Below the pieces are notes generated by a model that had not been told where the DNA came from, searched no databases, and worked only from the letters and a program-made list of their open reading frames with translations. A DNA stretch of 64,000 nucleotides. It comes from Ostrea edulis. Taxonomy: Eukaryota. The stretch lies in assembly GCF_947568905.1 (NCBI RefSeq), contig NC_079170.1:82894001-82958000 (forward strand), read 5' to 3'. Each line of letters starts with the position of its first letter. Positions within the stretch are counted from its first letter, which is position 1. This document shows, one piece after another, positions 36,382-49,318 of the stretch. The position numbers and the translations under genes were made by a program.

Positions 36382-38628
36382 ATGAGCTTGTACTTATGTG
36401 TAGGTGACAGACAAAGCACTGGTGATGTCAAGGCTATCGAGAAAGGAAGGCTGCTTGTTGAAAGTGATAGAGTCTTGGCTGTGTCATATTTAAAGGAAGA
36501 TAATTCCCTGTTCTTTACAGGCATTGTTGGCGCAGCCATGAAAACAAAGGCAAGTATTACATTTAATTTGTGGATATAATATACATTGTAGTACTAATTG
36601 TACATGTACCATGTATGTTATCAGTTATTTTCTCTTATTTTATTACTCTGTACTGAGATATTTTTGTAAAAATAACTAAAAAAAATTATATTACCCAGAA
36701 TACATGTATGTATTTCAAATTAAAGGTAACATACAACTTCAAATTAAAATTTGACAAAAACTCGGGAGACATCTTGAACAGCCATTGTGAGTGTCCTGCA
36801 GGACGAGGTCCCCATGGAACTTGCAAGCATCTTGCTGCTGTTGCCATAGTTTTACTCTCTTGTTCTGAAGGAAAAGGTTTGAGGATTCAGAGATCATGCA
36901 CAGAAAACCTGCAGACATTTCATAAACCCAAACATTCATACTCAGGTAAAAATACATGAATATTATGTGATGTTCCATGATGAACAGAAGCAGTAGTTTT
37001 ATGACCATATATTGAATCAAGTACAATAATTTATTTTTTTTCCACATGTTTAACATATTCAAATTTTGATATAGGTTCACCAGTCAAAGCTGAAGATCTG
37101 CCCAGGAAGCGGAATCTGACTGATGATTTTTTAAATGATCCCCGCCCTGAACATCTAAAAGGTGTAGCTGGTTACCCGGATAGGGTTCGCAATATGGTCT
37201 TAAACCATTGTGCAGAGACCTCAGACAATCTGACATACAGATATCTCATCGAGAAAGCAAATATTCAGGTAAACATAAGCATGAAAATGCATTACTCACA
37301 CAAGCAAGAATCTCACTTAATGTCCCTGTACATCGCTAATTATAAGCAGTGTCAAGTCAAAAGTATCTCGCTAGTGAACTTATAGCAAGCTATATCAGTA
37401 ATGCATATAAAATGTTGATTTTAAAATTATAAGTCTGTTAATCTAAAGCAGTAAGTAGTGATGGGTAAAACTGCACATATAAAATAAAGTGTTTAATAAC
37501 AAACAAACTGTAACACCTTTTGTTTCACTAGGCAGCAGTATTGGACCATGATTATTTGGAAAGACCCTTCACAGAGTATTGGGTTCAACGAGCTGTTGAG
37601 GTAGGTCTTTTGTTAATTGGCTTAAACTGCATTTCAACAAAATTAAATTTTATGACATTTGTGCAAATGTTGTATATGTGTTAAAATAAGATATAATGTG
37701 CAATGTAAATTGATTGCAAGGATTTTTTCTCATGTTCATATGTATTACTAATACCATGCAATTTTATACTACAAAACACAGTACAAGATATATGGTTTTT
37801 GTTATATACAATTTTTTAAAGGTAACAGCAGATAAAGTAGTTGCCATTGAGGAGCAGACACGTGGACAAGCCAGCTCAAATAATTGGTTCAAGGAGAGAT
37901 CATGGCGGATCACAGCCTCAAGATTTGGAGATATCTGTTTAGCTACAGACAGGCGTAATAGGCAGAAACTCTGCGAGTCCCTATACCAGCCTTCTGCTGC
38001 TGTATTTCGCAGTGAAGCTCTAGTCCATGGAAGTACCTACGAGACACGTGCTATTAGGTATGTTTTAGTGTGAGCTAGTCAGACAATCACGTGTACAGCA
38101 GAGACCTGGTTTGTAAATCTTAACGCTCTATATAAGCATTGGTCAAATCAGTAAATTATTATTTACATATATTATATGCCTTTTCTTATTTTTATCTCTC
38201 ATTACAGATCCTTTGAAAGAGAGACTGGCCAAGGTGTTCAAAGATGTGGTTTCTTTGTTGATATGGATCGACCTTACTTGGGGGCATCACCGGATGGACT
38301 CGTTGGCAATGATGCACTAATTGAAGTCAAATGTCCCTTTGCTGGTCGCTTTGAGAAGATTCAGCCTGGAAAGTACTTCCCATATCTAACAATGGACTCT
38401 GTAACTGGTGAAATGAAATTGAAACCCACCTCTAAATATTTTTTCCAAATACAAGGCCAAATGCTTATTGCCAAAAAACAAATTTGCTATTTTGTTGTAT
38501 ACACTTTCAAAGATTTGTTCATCCAGAAAGTACATATTGATGTAGAATGTTGCCAGAATTCTCTTCTTCCAAAGCTTGATGTATTCTATGATAAATTTTT
38601 CATGCCATACTTGTTATCCTTGCTGTAA
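36382..38628 (+). CDS. SWIM zinc finger + YqaJ-like (lambda-exonuclease fold, PD-(D/E)xK) nuclease; accessory ORF of the transposon
   Basis: Exons 36382(or 36404)-36549 (GC donor, AAG|gcaagt), 36726-36945 (CECPAGRGPHGTCKH, SWIM), 37075-37268, 37532-37600, 37822-38057 (QTRGQ...W...R...RITASRFG) and 38208-38628 (LGASPDG...IEVKCP...YFFQIQGQ). 1308 nt, open, 435 aa if the ATG at 36382 is used. Confidence 0.88.
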
Positions 38629-39177
38629 AGTGGAAGCATATATGCAAACTTGTGTAAAAGTTTCTTCTAAATGATTTATCGAGACAGTTCATTTTTTTTA
38701 TACAGAATCTTTTTTGTATTCATGATTTCATTAGAGTCTGCAAATGATTCTTCATGTTTTTTTGCCTAAGTTTCTGCCCAGAATGCCAATCAATTTCAGA
38801 TGAAATACATTGCATATCCATGATATGAAATTTTCTGTATCGACAATATACATGTAACAATGCATAGATGTTGGTTATATAAAGTGTTAAACTTTTTAAA
38901 TTGATTTTTAAAAAAAGATATTGTACTTTGACCCTTTCAAGGTAAATAGCTTTTACACTTAAAAGTTGATATGTCTACCAAGATCCTTGTATGATGTATC
39001 CCTTTGAATATTGACAGCACATGTTGCATAAAGGATACAAAAAAGGTACGATACATTTAAAACTTGTAAGCAGAAATATGAACACAACTCTCAAGGGATT
39101 CACTGTATGTGCAGGGCATACATTTATTAAACTTAGACATGTATGCATGTACATTTTGATATACTACTGGCACATGT

Positions 39178-41250
39178 TTAAGCACTTTTATCAACAATGC
39201 AATTCCTAAAATTTGACAACATAAAACAAATGTACACAATTCTGGAAGCTAGGGGGATTTTTGACATTGGTAGCTCATGTTTCAAAATTTTGAACCTCTT
39301 TGCAAGCCCAATCACCCTCTCTACATGAATACGTTTTGAGGCAACTCGCCTATCTCTAACTATTTCTTCGGGGTCAAGTTGGCTTTTGCCCTTGAGAAAC
39401 GTAGGTGTATTAATAAAAACATTCTGATTCGCAAATAAATCTTGAACAAGAATTCCCCAATCTGCCATAATGCTGTCACCAGCATCAAATTTGCCTACAT
39501 CTAGCAGAGTAGAGTGTTCAGTGATTTGTCTGTCAGACATAGAGCCCCCATAAGTAGAGGATACATATGATACTGCTCCATTTGGAGTTACACCTACCAT
39601 GGTTTTCAACGTGTTTTTGTGTTTATAAGAAGACCATGTTTTGGATTGTGCCTCAACATTTGATGGTTTGTGAATTGGTTGCTCGGTTGCATCTAAAATT
39701 ACGCGTGTATTGGGAAACTTTTTAGCAAAATCTGTTGGCATATGTTCTTTAATGATGTCTTTAGAAGGCCAGAATTGTTCCTCTAACTCTTTTAATTGAA
39801 AATACAAAAAGTTAATCCAAGTTGTTACAATTTTAGAAACAGTAGATTCACAGACTTTAAAGAGCATAGCAAGTTCCACATCTTCTTTTGCTTGTCTGAG
39901 TTTCATCAGAGTTAAAAACAACTGATCTTGTGGACTTAATAAGCCACATTTGTAATTCAAGTCAAAAGCTGCTGGCCCAAGAATATTAAAGAGAAGCATG
40001 AAATGATCATAGCCATTCAAACCAGTGTAATAAGAAAGCATCTTAGTGTCCAGTTTCATACCTTCAATTGAAAATCTACCTAAGGTAGGTATGTCACACT
40101 GGATTTCTTTCTCAGCTGTTGAACACATTTCTTCTGGCATGGATGTGGACATACTTGTAGATGACTGATCTACGACAACTTCGTGATGTACAATCAATTC
40201 ATCCATATACATGGGCAGGTCTTCAATCATTGGAGTACATGTATCTTGAGTAGACTCTCGCAGCCTCTTTTGCTTAGCTCTGTCAGACTCCTGGGTAGTA
40301 CTGGTATTCTTGAAGTCAAAAACAGAGGGCGCAGCTCCATACTTAAGTCGTCTTCGTTCACCTGTCACAAATTGAATATGTTACAGGAATGTTGGTTGTA
40401 AGTTATACTTTATATTTAAAAGCTTTAAGATTCGCTAATTATAAACTAGATTTGTTATAATTGATTTACATAAATAGTCATGTAGCAAATTCAACCTTGC
40501 ATTTTTAGCAGTCACTTCTACTGTAAAAAATATTAGGGGGGGGGGGGGGGGGGGGTCACCAAATATATGAAAATAACACCAGAAAATGGTGATTGTTAAT
40601 GTGGAGACCCATTCTAATTAAAATTAGATCTTCCATCCGCTCCCCAGTTTGGGGAGCGGATGGAAGATCTAATTTTAATTACATTGTGTGGAGACCAGGA
40701 CTCAGCTGGTTATATGTGTGTATATATATATACATATATGGTATCATAGCACTCTTTCATCCTGTAACGTTTTATCAAAGCAGTATATGTCTCGTCATAT
40801 AGCCTAGTATTATATTAAATGAATACTGTGATACATACCACATGTCAGTAGTTGCACCTGAAAAAGAGTAAAAACAAACCACAAAGCAACGCATTCAAGA
40901 ATGTAAAAAAGAACGTTATCAATACACGAATACAAGACAAAATGAAGAAACTTTATAAATCAATATTTGAAAGAAGGAAAAATTCAAACAATTCAACAAA
41001 TCAATTGACGATGCAGCTTTATATAACTGATTGATAGGACCTCGATCTAACCTGATTCGGTGATTTTGTAGTCATCTTCTGTGAAGTGTATATGGCAAAC
41101 AACGTCTTCTTTTCCTGGGTTCCATAATTTTTTTGTTTTCCTATCCATCCGTTTGATCGCTACCCTCCATTTCAAGAGTAATTCCTGATCTGTGGGAAAC
41201 TTGTGACCCCCAAAACCACCACAAAGTGGAACACAACAATATTTCACCAT
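39178..41250 (-). CDS. THAP-domain + DDE_Tnp_4 (Harbinger/ISL2EU-type) transposase
   Basis: Exon 41250-41052 (MVKYCCVPLC...W...VCHIHF, C2CH THAP) splices in phase to 40361-39178 (GAAPSVF box; LSPQDQLFLTLMKLR HTH-like region; ILDATE, MADWG and RIHVERVIG acidic-triad motifs). 460 aa, no stops. Confidence 0.92.
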
Positions 41251-41526
41251 TGTTTACTTCAAGCGTCTAATTGATAAAGCGTTTTCAGTATCCCCCATAA
41301 ACCGTGACTAATATTTAAAACCGGAAACGGTGCTGGCGTAAACTATTCAACAAGCACATGTTACTTTCTTACTATGAGATACAGTGATTTCAGGCACATT
41401 TTAGCGTTGTTTTTGAAAGTTGAGGGATATGAAAAACAGAGAGAGACTGAGTGCCGTTATGTGAAAATCCTTAGTTAGCGAGAAAAGTATAGTTCTACCC
41501 AAACCCCTAAGCCATAAAGATGAGGT

Positions 41527-41561
<35 letters not shown>

Positions 41562-44500
41562 AACTTCAGTACATTTATGAGTTGAAACTCGATTAAACCT
41601 TGCATTTTCACTACCATTCACTGCTACTATATTAAGTGACCATCTAATAAATTGATCTTTGCATATACTATTCACAAATGTTGTATTTGATAATTTAACA
41701 CGATGTCAAGAAAACCGGGGGTGGTGGTGTGGGGCAGAGGAGCGTGTATACTATGTGTGGGGGTGGGGGGGTTTACATGTTGCTGCATGTACGAGTCTAG
41801 AGATCGATGCATAAAATGTTATTATTTATATCACTTTATAGTGGTCGTTTGTCTACATGACGAGAAAAAATCTCATTAAGTAAATATCCACATACATGTA
41901 CCTGCATACGGCGAAGATATAATTTCTTTCTTTTACTTTATCTCCGCTACTAAACATCAGAAATTTAATCTAATAACTCATGTTTTGGTATTAGGGTATT
42001 CACTTGCAACATCCTGAAAAATGATCTTCAAACCAGGCAGATATTTTTGTACTAGATATTGATGAGTCGTCTTTAGCCATCACTAAATATTACCGTCTTC
42101 CTTGGAATTTGGATTTTAATTAGATTGGGTATAACAATAGCACATATACGTTGGTGTTTACAACTTTTTACACAAGTAATAAAAATGTGTTAAAAACAAG
42201 AATTTACAAAGTCCTTGAAAAAGTGTTCGCTTGGCCCACAACTGATTTCACAATAGAGTGGAGTGTTGAAATACAAAAAGTTAACATTGCCAAGCCCGAT
42301 TCTCTTCAATAGATATAATTGTCTCTTCGATATTCTATCAAGCTTTTTTTATTCTTCATAAAGGTTTCAATCTATAAAGATGGGAAAAGGCCTCTAGGCT
42401 GATATGATGTATATTTTCTCATACCAAGTAATAAAAAGTGGCAAATCCAGGATTTCCGGGGGGGGGGGGGGGGGTACTATGAATAGATTATATATAAATT
42501 ATGTGTAATTCAAATTGCCTTGATATAGAATTTATAATTAATTAAACATTTCTTATAACCTCTACTTGAATAGTAGATAACATATATGACGCTACCACTC
42601 TCATCTTTTTTTTTTTAAAAAAGATAAACTTGTAAAATACCTACCCGACTTCAATGAGGTACAACTTGTCACTTAAAGTTATCACCCACACTCGGAACAC
42701 TTCGACATTATCCGTATTGAGAATACAAGAATGTTTTCGATGACAACAAACATGGCTACTTAGCATACCTTTCGAGACAGATCTTAGATAACCAGTTAAT
42801 TGCAATGGCGCATCGACTTACAGAATAACCCAGACTACAGCAAGGGTAATTGTATGCATGTGATTATTTGTCTATAGCTTGTAATGTTGCCATTGATATG
42901 TGCTGGGCAAATAAGAACAAGCACAGTTTGACCTGCTGTTGGCACGAAGTCGACCCACAGGTTGTTGGCACGTGCAGGCCCGGCATTGTGCAATGATATT
43001 TGCAGCGACAGTCTACTTTATGGACGGCGTAGTGGAGTATCCTATATCAAGTGTAGGGCACAGCTCTATGTGTGGATGGAGCCTGAATCAGCCTGCACAT
43101 TGCTGCTCTAACACTTGTACATACAACACTGTACAATGATATCCGCGATTAACTTTCACTTCATCTACATTTATCATTTTATCAAGAGCAATACAAACAA
43201 ACACACACAGAGCGAGATAGATAGATAGAGATGTTAACATTATTAAATAAATTTGTATCAAATGAATGATACTCACAAGATTGACTTTATCAGGTTGGGA
43301 ACATTTCCCCTACACTGGCCACAACGATATATTCTCGCAAAAACGTGGTTATCCCTCGTTTAGCGAGAGTAGATATATCCCGTACAACCAAGAGAAACAT
43401 GTATCTCTTTGTGATTCACGTGAAAAGAAGAAAAAGTGCTAAATTGTCCAATACCTGGATCTGCAAATATATAAATCTAAACAAAAACACTGGCGATCTC
43501 TGATGTGCACTGGATTCCATCCTTCCCTCTAGCACACCAATGTTGATATGAAATTTCTTGACTGTATTTTCAATTTTATAGAGACAATTCGTGTAATCAG
43601 TCACTAATGTTGAGTGTGTGTCGCACTTATTCAGGATTGCATGGAATTTGCCATTATTTTCAATCAGAACGCCTGTTTATGGTAATGTTTTCTTTCTTGC
43701 TAAAGTGGGATAATTGCGTTTTAGCAAGAAGATCTTGCTATAGGGGTAGTGTTCCCAACCTGTTTATATAGTTCTTGTGACCAATTTCAAAAAATCTTAT
43801 AACTTAACATTAATCATATTTTTACGTCTTATCAAATGGCATGCATTTTTTGAAATACAAATTTATGATAAATCAGTGAAAAGTAAAAAATATGAATGAT
43901 ACTAGAATCTACCATATTTTCACTAATCTTATGCATAGATCTATTTGGAAACATTTTTGACCAATTCCAAATGTTGGTTTTAGTCCTTATAGACCTCATG
44001 TAAAATGATCCTCTCCTCAAGATTGTAATTAAGGTATATTGCTTTGCTGAAATTCCAAAGTTGTCTTAAATCATCTTCAAGAGTCAGGGCATTGATAAGT
44101 AAACATTTATTGATTTTCTGGAGACTTAAGATTGGTTTCCTGCGAACATTTTAAATTATGCAGTTTAATGTACATGCACTAACCAACACTGAATGAGTAA
44201 GAAAAATGTCTCGGATCAAGGCAAGGTTTTAGAGAATGAGCAAAGTAATTTACATATCTGTTTCATGTGTGCAGACTTCAATTTACAGACATGAATTCCG
44301 TAATCTGCCAATAATGATAAATGTATGTGTTTGTGTAAATGTTCGAGACCAAATATATTTGAAAAAAAAGATAAATCTTCTGACTATTTTGCTAAGGAGC
44401 TTAATAATATACAATGTATACAATATATATACAATATATACAATGTATTTATAAACTTGATCTTAATTATTATCATGGTTATATGCATATATATAATCCT

Positions 44501-47500
44501 ATAATAATAATTATGTAATTGCTAATGAGTAGAAATTACATAATATTATTGAACATACTACTATCCAATTTTTCTCTCCTTTCTTGATGCAATAAAACCT
44601 CATCAACAAGGTTTATTTCATTTTGTTTGTGTGATAAGAATACATAAATCTTTCTCATCATCCTTCCCTTTAAAATGGTAAGCTGTTCACCTGTGGGTAG
44701 ATCGACTCAGATGTAGAACCGCATGTATTGATTTTACTGGTTTACTATCTGTTAAACCAAATACTCTTCCTTGCCACCTCTGATGGCGGAATTTCTCATG
44801 GTGAATCTAGTTATGATTCACTGAAGGTCATTTTTAGACTGTAAGAAACGCTGAATTTGGTGAGAAGGCTCTTATTTTTTTATTTTTACATGGTCTAGAA
44901 ATCCAAGATAAAACAGTTGCCATGAAAAGTGAGTATGTGTAGCATGGAAGTAGAAAGCTTAGTCTCGGCATGCGAGGTTTACACCGATTTTAAAAATTTC
45001 CCACAGTACACAATCTGCATGTCAGTTAAAGTACTTTACAGTGCATGCGAGTTATAGAGGTTTAATTTGTTTAATTATGTTTGATATAAAGTTTAATGAA
45101 TGGTATTGTGTAATTTATATATGTAAAAATATATTAAACTGCAAGAGTATTTAAGGTTTATAGAAAAATAATGATTGGTTTTAAAATCTCATATGTTTTC
45201 GTTTTGCAAGACATAATTAACCAATCAACATGATTAACACTAAACATGAATCAGCTGAGAGATCATAATAGTCGAGCAAGTTTTCATTTTAATTTTACTA
45301 ATTTGACTTGCTTTCTAAAATTTTATCATCGGAACAGTACGTCCAAAGGTGCATTTCAAAATGTTGATCGATAAAGAATTGAATCTGAATGGTGAATAGA
45401 AAATCGAATGGAAAATTTTATTGCATGGCCATGCCTTAGACATGCTGTGTATACTTATATACTTATTGTGAATATAGAAAATTACTAGCCCCACAAAACT
45501 CTTATTGCATGGTAAACTTTACATGTATTCAAAATTTGTGTTGAAAAATACATTTGATGACTGTTTTACAAGGCAGTGAAAGATAAACACCTTGTTCTAC
45601 TGACTCTGTAGTGTACGTGCTAAGCCAAAATAAAATATATGTGTTTTTCTGTTTCCCGACCCCACCCATGTTTTTGCTGCCGACTCTAGATAATTTATTG
45701 ACGATATCAGAAATAAAATAAAAATCCAGAATTTTTAAACCAGTGCTTTTTTTCTTTTGGTGTTCGAGTTTCTCTGATTTACATACATTTTGACTACTAA
45801 TGATCTTCAAAGTGTTTGAAAAGTATTTGTAATGTATATACACATATGTAGACCTGCATTCAAAACATTTCATAAACTAAGATTTTGAATAAAATGTTTT
45901 AATGAAATAAAATGTTTTACCTACCTACCCTACCTAATTTTTGGGGAGTGAAATAGAAAACACACCCATATATTTTATTTTGGTCTAATTGAAACAAGTT
46001 TTAAATGAACGTCTCCAATAAGTGCAACAGATAAGATTGATTTGCTTTAACACGTAATATGTGATGTAGTATATGGCACTACACAGCAATAATGTCATGT
46101 CAGATATTTAATGGGAGAAGATCATGGATCTTTTTCTTAAAATTGGATTATAGCAAGCTTGGTCAATTTCCTAGTCTTAAGCCTATTAGCAATTAGCTGG
46201 AGTTTCATTAAATTTCTTACATTGCAAGATCTTCTTAAGGTATGGAGATAATTACACATGTACTGTGGTAATGATGGATTTTAATTTGTGTGATGGTGCC
46301 AGGCCCTGTTCAATCATTGGGTGTTGCTAGGATTGTCAGTTTCGACAATGAAATGAAAATGTTCCTAACCATTTTCACTCATGTGAACACTAAAGACTGA
46401 ACATATATTGTTTTAGAGTTCAAGAAGACCAGCATGGAGCCTGACCCTGATGAAATCTTACATCCGGGGTCAGAATCATTGTCCTGGACCAAAGAGCATG
46501 AGGAAAAGGCTAAAGGTATGTGTGGTGCAAGGGTCGTCTTTTGTGTCGTTTTAAAATCAACACAGTGTGTAGGTTAGCATCTTCGCAAGCCAAGCGTCTT
46601 ATTTGCTTACTCAAAGCGAATCCGACACTTAGCTTGCGAATCCGACACTTAGCTTGCGAATCCGACACTTAGCTTGCAAAGATGAGGTTATGGTTTCACC
46701 AATTGATTTGAGGTCATAAAAAATATTATGGAAAAAAATGATTTTTTTTATATTGTATCTGATTATGCGGAAAAGCTTTCTGATGATATACATATTCGTA
46801 TTTCATGAATAAAAAAATTATATATATATGTATATAATATATATATATATATTTATATCACAGATATGAGACACAATACCCTACTAATTAGTGTGTCAGT
46901 TTTTAATCATAACATAAACATGTTAACATACTTCTCAGAAATTAAACATCACTGATAAAAACAATATGATGAACACAAACAAACAGCCCTATCATTCGTT
47001 TTATATCTACAATATGTGAACACAAACAAACAGCCCTATCATTCGTTTTATATCTACAATATGTGAACACAAACAAACAGCCCTATCATTCGTTTTATGT
47101 CTACAATGTCGAAATCAATTCAAATATTACGGGTTAACGAGGAAAGAGACGTACATATAAATTCATGTGACAATGCAGTTGACGATTAAAGTGCCAATTT
47201 TGTACAATAGGTCATCCCACCCCACCTCTTTCATTAAGATATCAGCATGTTTCTCTTATATTCTTTTAAACGGAATTCAAATATTTGCTGAAATAATTAT
47301 TCATTAATATGTATGGTTGATTTTCCAATTTTTTTTTCAACCTTGCCCTATTCTTTTTGTTTTGAACACATGAGTACATAAACAAAAAATACAAATACAC
47401 ACATGTATAATAAAGATTTACATTTCAGACCCATCAGTCCAATAAAATTCATTTAAAAAATGCATTTACATTTAGAAAATGTGCAGATAAAATCCTTTAA

Positions 47501-49318
47501 ATTAATACTTTATAATATACATCATCATAATGGTGGTCAGTTCGATGGATTTGAGACAACTACAATGTTTTTAGAAATGTCACCAATATAAGGAATATTT
47601 CTAGTTATTCATACTATAATTATAACATTTCCAATGATTTTACCTTACAAATCTCCACCAATTGAGATGTACAACTATTTTAATGGCTGTAAATTCAGAC
47701 AGAAATGAAAGTAAAATGCAAATATATATAAAAGATAAATTTCATTTTCGAAATACATGAGGGTATGAACTGCAACACTTCACAGCACTGTACTTTTCTT
47801 GAAGGGGTAATTGTAATATACTTCCTGAAGTACCCTAGCATAAGGTATCATAACTGCAATAATGTAGCCCTATCCGATTTTTTTATTCTGACGTTTTCGG
47901 GATCCCAAAATGAAAAAATAAAAAATCGGAGAGGGCTACATTACTGCAGCTAAAAGCATCACAGTTCATATCCTCAAGTATTTTCAAAAATTATTTTTTT
48001 TGGACATAAATAAACATATAATTTTTATACAAAGTGACTTGTTCTGAAAATGCATAAAAGTCGGTAAATATTGTACATACACTCACAAGAATGAAGAGAT
48101 GACAGTTACACATGAAATAAAATGGCTGTGGAATAGTTTATCTGATGAGAACAGCTCCCTATGCATTATTTACAAGATTTACCATTCCTTTCCTCTCATT
48201 TCCTGAGTGAGAGTAACCAGAGACATTTGACAGTTTTTGAATACTTTGTTTGTAATAGACTGAACACAAATGATTTTGCCGTAATATTGAGTGATCAAAA
48301 ATTGACCGGAAAAATTCAACAGACTTAAGAATTATTGAAATGAACTTCTGTTGTCCCGTAAATATAAAAGTGAAATAAAGTTCATTTCAACCATTAATTG
48401 CCCCTTGGACATCCATGGACATGTATAATTAAGAGTTGTGATAAACTTGAAAGTCTGTTCTAGGGTATATGACAACAGGAACACACCTTTACATTTTTGA
48501 TAAAAAAGAAAAGGGAGATGAAATTTGTCAAGTCATGCTGCAGAACCCTGATTTTTGTTGATAGAAGGATTGTGAGATTGAGCGAATAACATTCATATTA
48601 CATGTGATTATATATACATCTTGTCAGTTAACTTCCACTGATATTGTCATCCATATTTACATGTACCCGCTTATTCAGCTCCATCAATATCTGTCAAACT
48701 AATATGTCCACTCAACTACAGTTGTCCATATTTACTCTAACATATACCTCTGTCAACATCATCTGTCAAACTAATGTCCACTCAACTACATTAGCAGATG
48801 GCAGATTGTTTTCTGCTGCATCTTGTTCTTAAAAAATCCCCTGTGTTGTTTGCACTTTGATATATCACCCAAATGGCCAAAAAATTATTTTTCAAGTGTT
48901 AATTTTTCATTTTATTCTGGTACCATTCAGTGTTACTCTATCTGATAAAAACATTTGATTTAAAATCAAAAGGGGTCTTCCTCTTCCTAACTAATCTCAG
49001 CAATCTATAAAATCTTCACAAGTAAACTTAATTCATTACATGCTATGAAAATGCTGTTATCTTACATTACATGTACATAGGAAAATTCAAAGTCCCATAT
49101 TCTTTAAGGACAGAGTCTATCAATCAGAAATTGAATGGGGTCTTCCTCTGCCTAATCCAAGTATTATGCATAAAATTTATGAAAAACTTTTCAAAGACAC
49201 TTCAGTGATCATGCCAACAGACACGGTGATTATGATTGGGCATTGAGCTACCATAAGCCAGCTAGGGCCCAAATCGGCGTAATTTTTAGAAAGGTTGCAG
49301 AACCTCTGTTTGGCAGCT

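Larger units (their letters stand above)
36382..41250. mobile_element. ISL2EU-like (PIF/Harbinger-ISL2EU superfamily) DNA transposon; termini not located
   Basis: Convergent THAP-DDE transposase and YqaJ-nuclease genes about 550 bp apart match the described two-ORF ISL2EU layout. No convincing TIR/TSD pair found by eye, so the span covers the genes only. Confidence 0.75.

Noticed and set aside
38208-38628. YqaJ domain as evidence of a prophage, viral insertion or bacterial contamination
   Set aside because: The gene has five spliceosomal introns and is paired with a THAP-DDE transposase, as in eukaryotic ISL2EU elements.
40535-41561. Long poly-G runs (about 40535-40556 and 41527-41560) as G-quadruplex regulators of the transposase
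   Set aside because: Similar homopolymer runs occur throughout the window (about 42458, 57973, 59007, 59950) and their lengths are unreliable in assemblies; nothing ties them to this gene.
35830-41700. Terminal inverted repeats for the ISL2EU-like element
   Set aside because: I compared 35830-36380 (and 32200-33300) with 41260-41700 by eye and found no convincing inverted match. A self-alignment or multi-copy alignment is needed.
42760-43450. Possible decayed gene on the minus strand
   Set aside because: GC-richer with exon-like boundaries, but every frame has stops and I recognise no motif.
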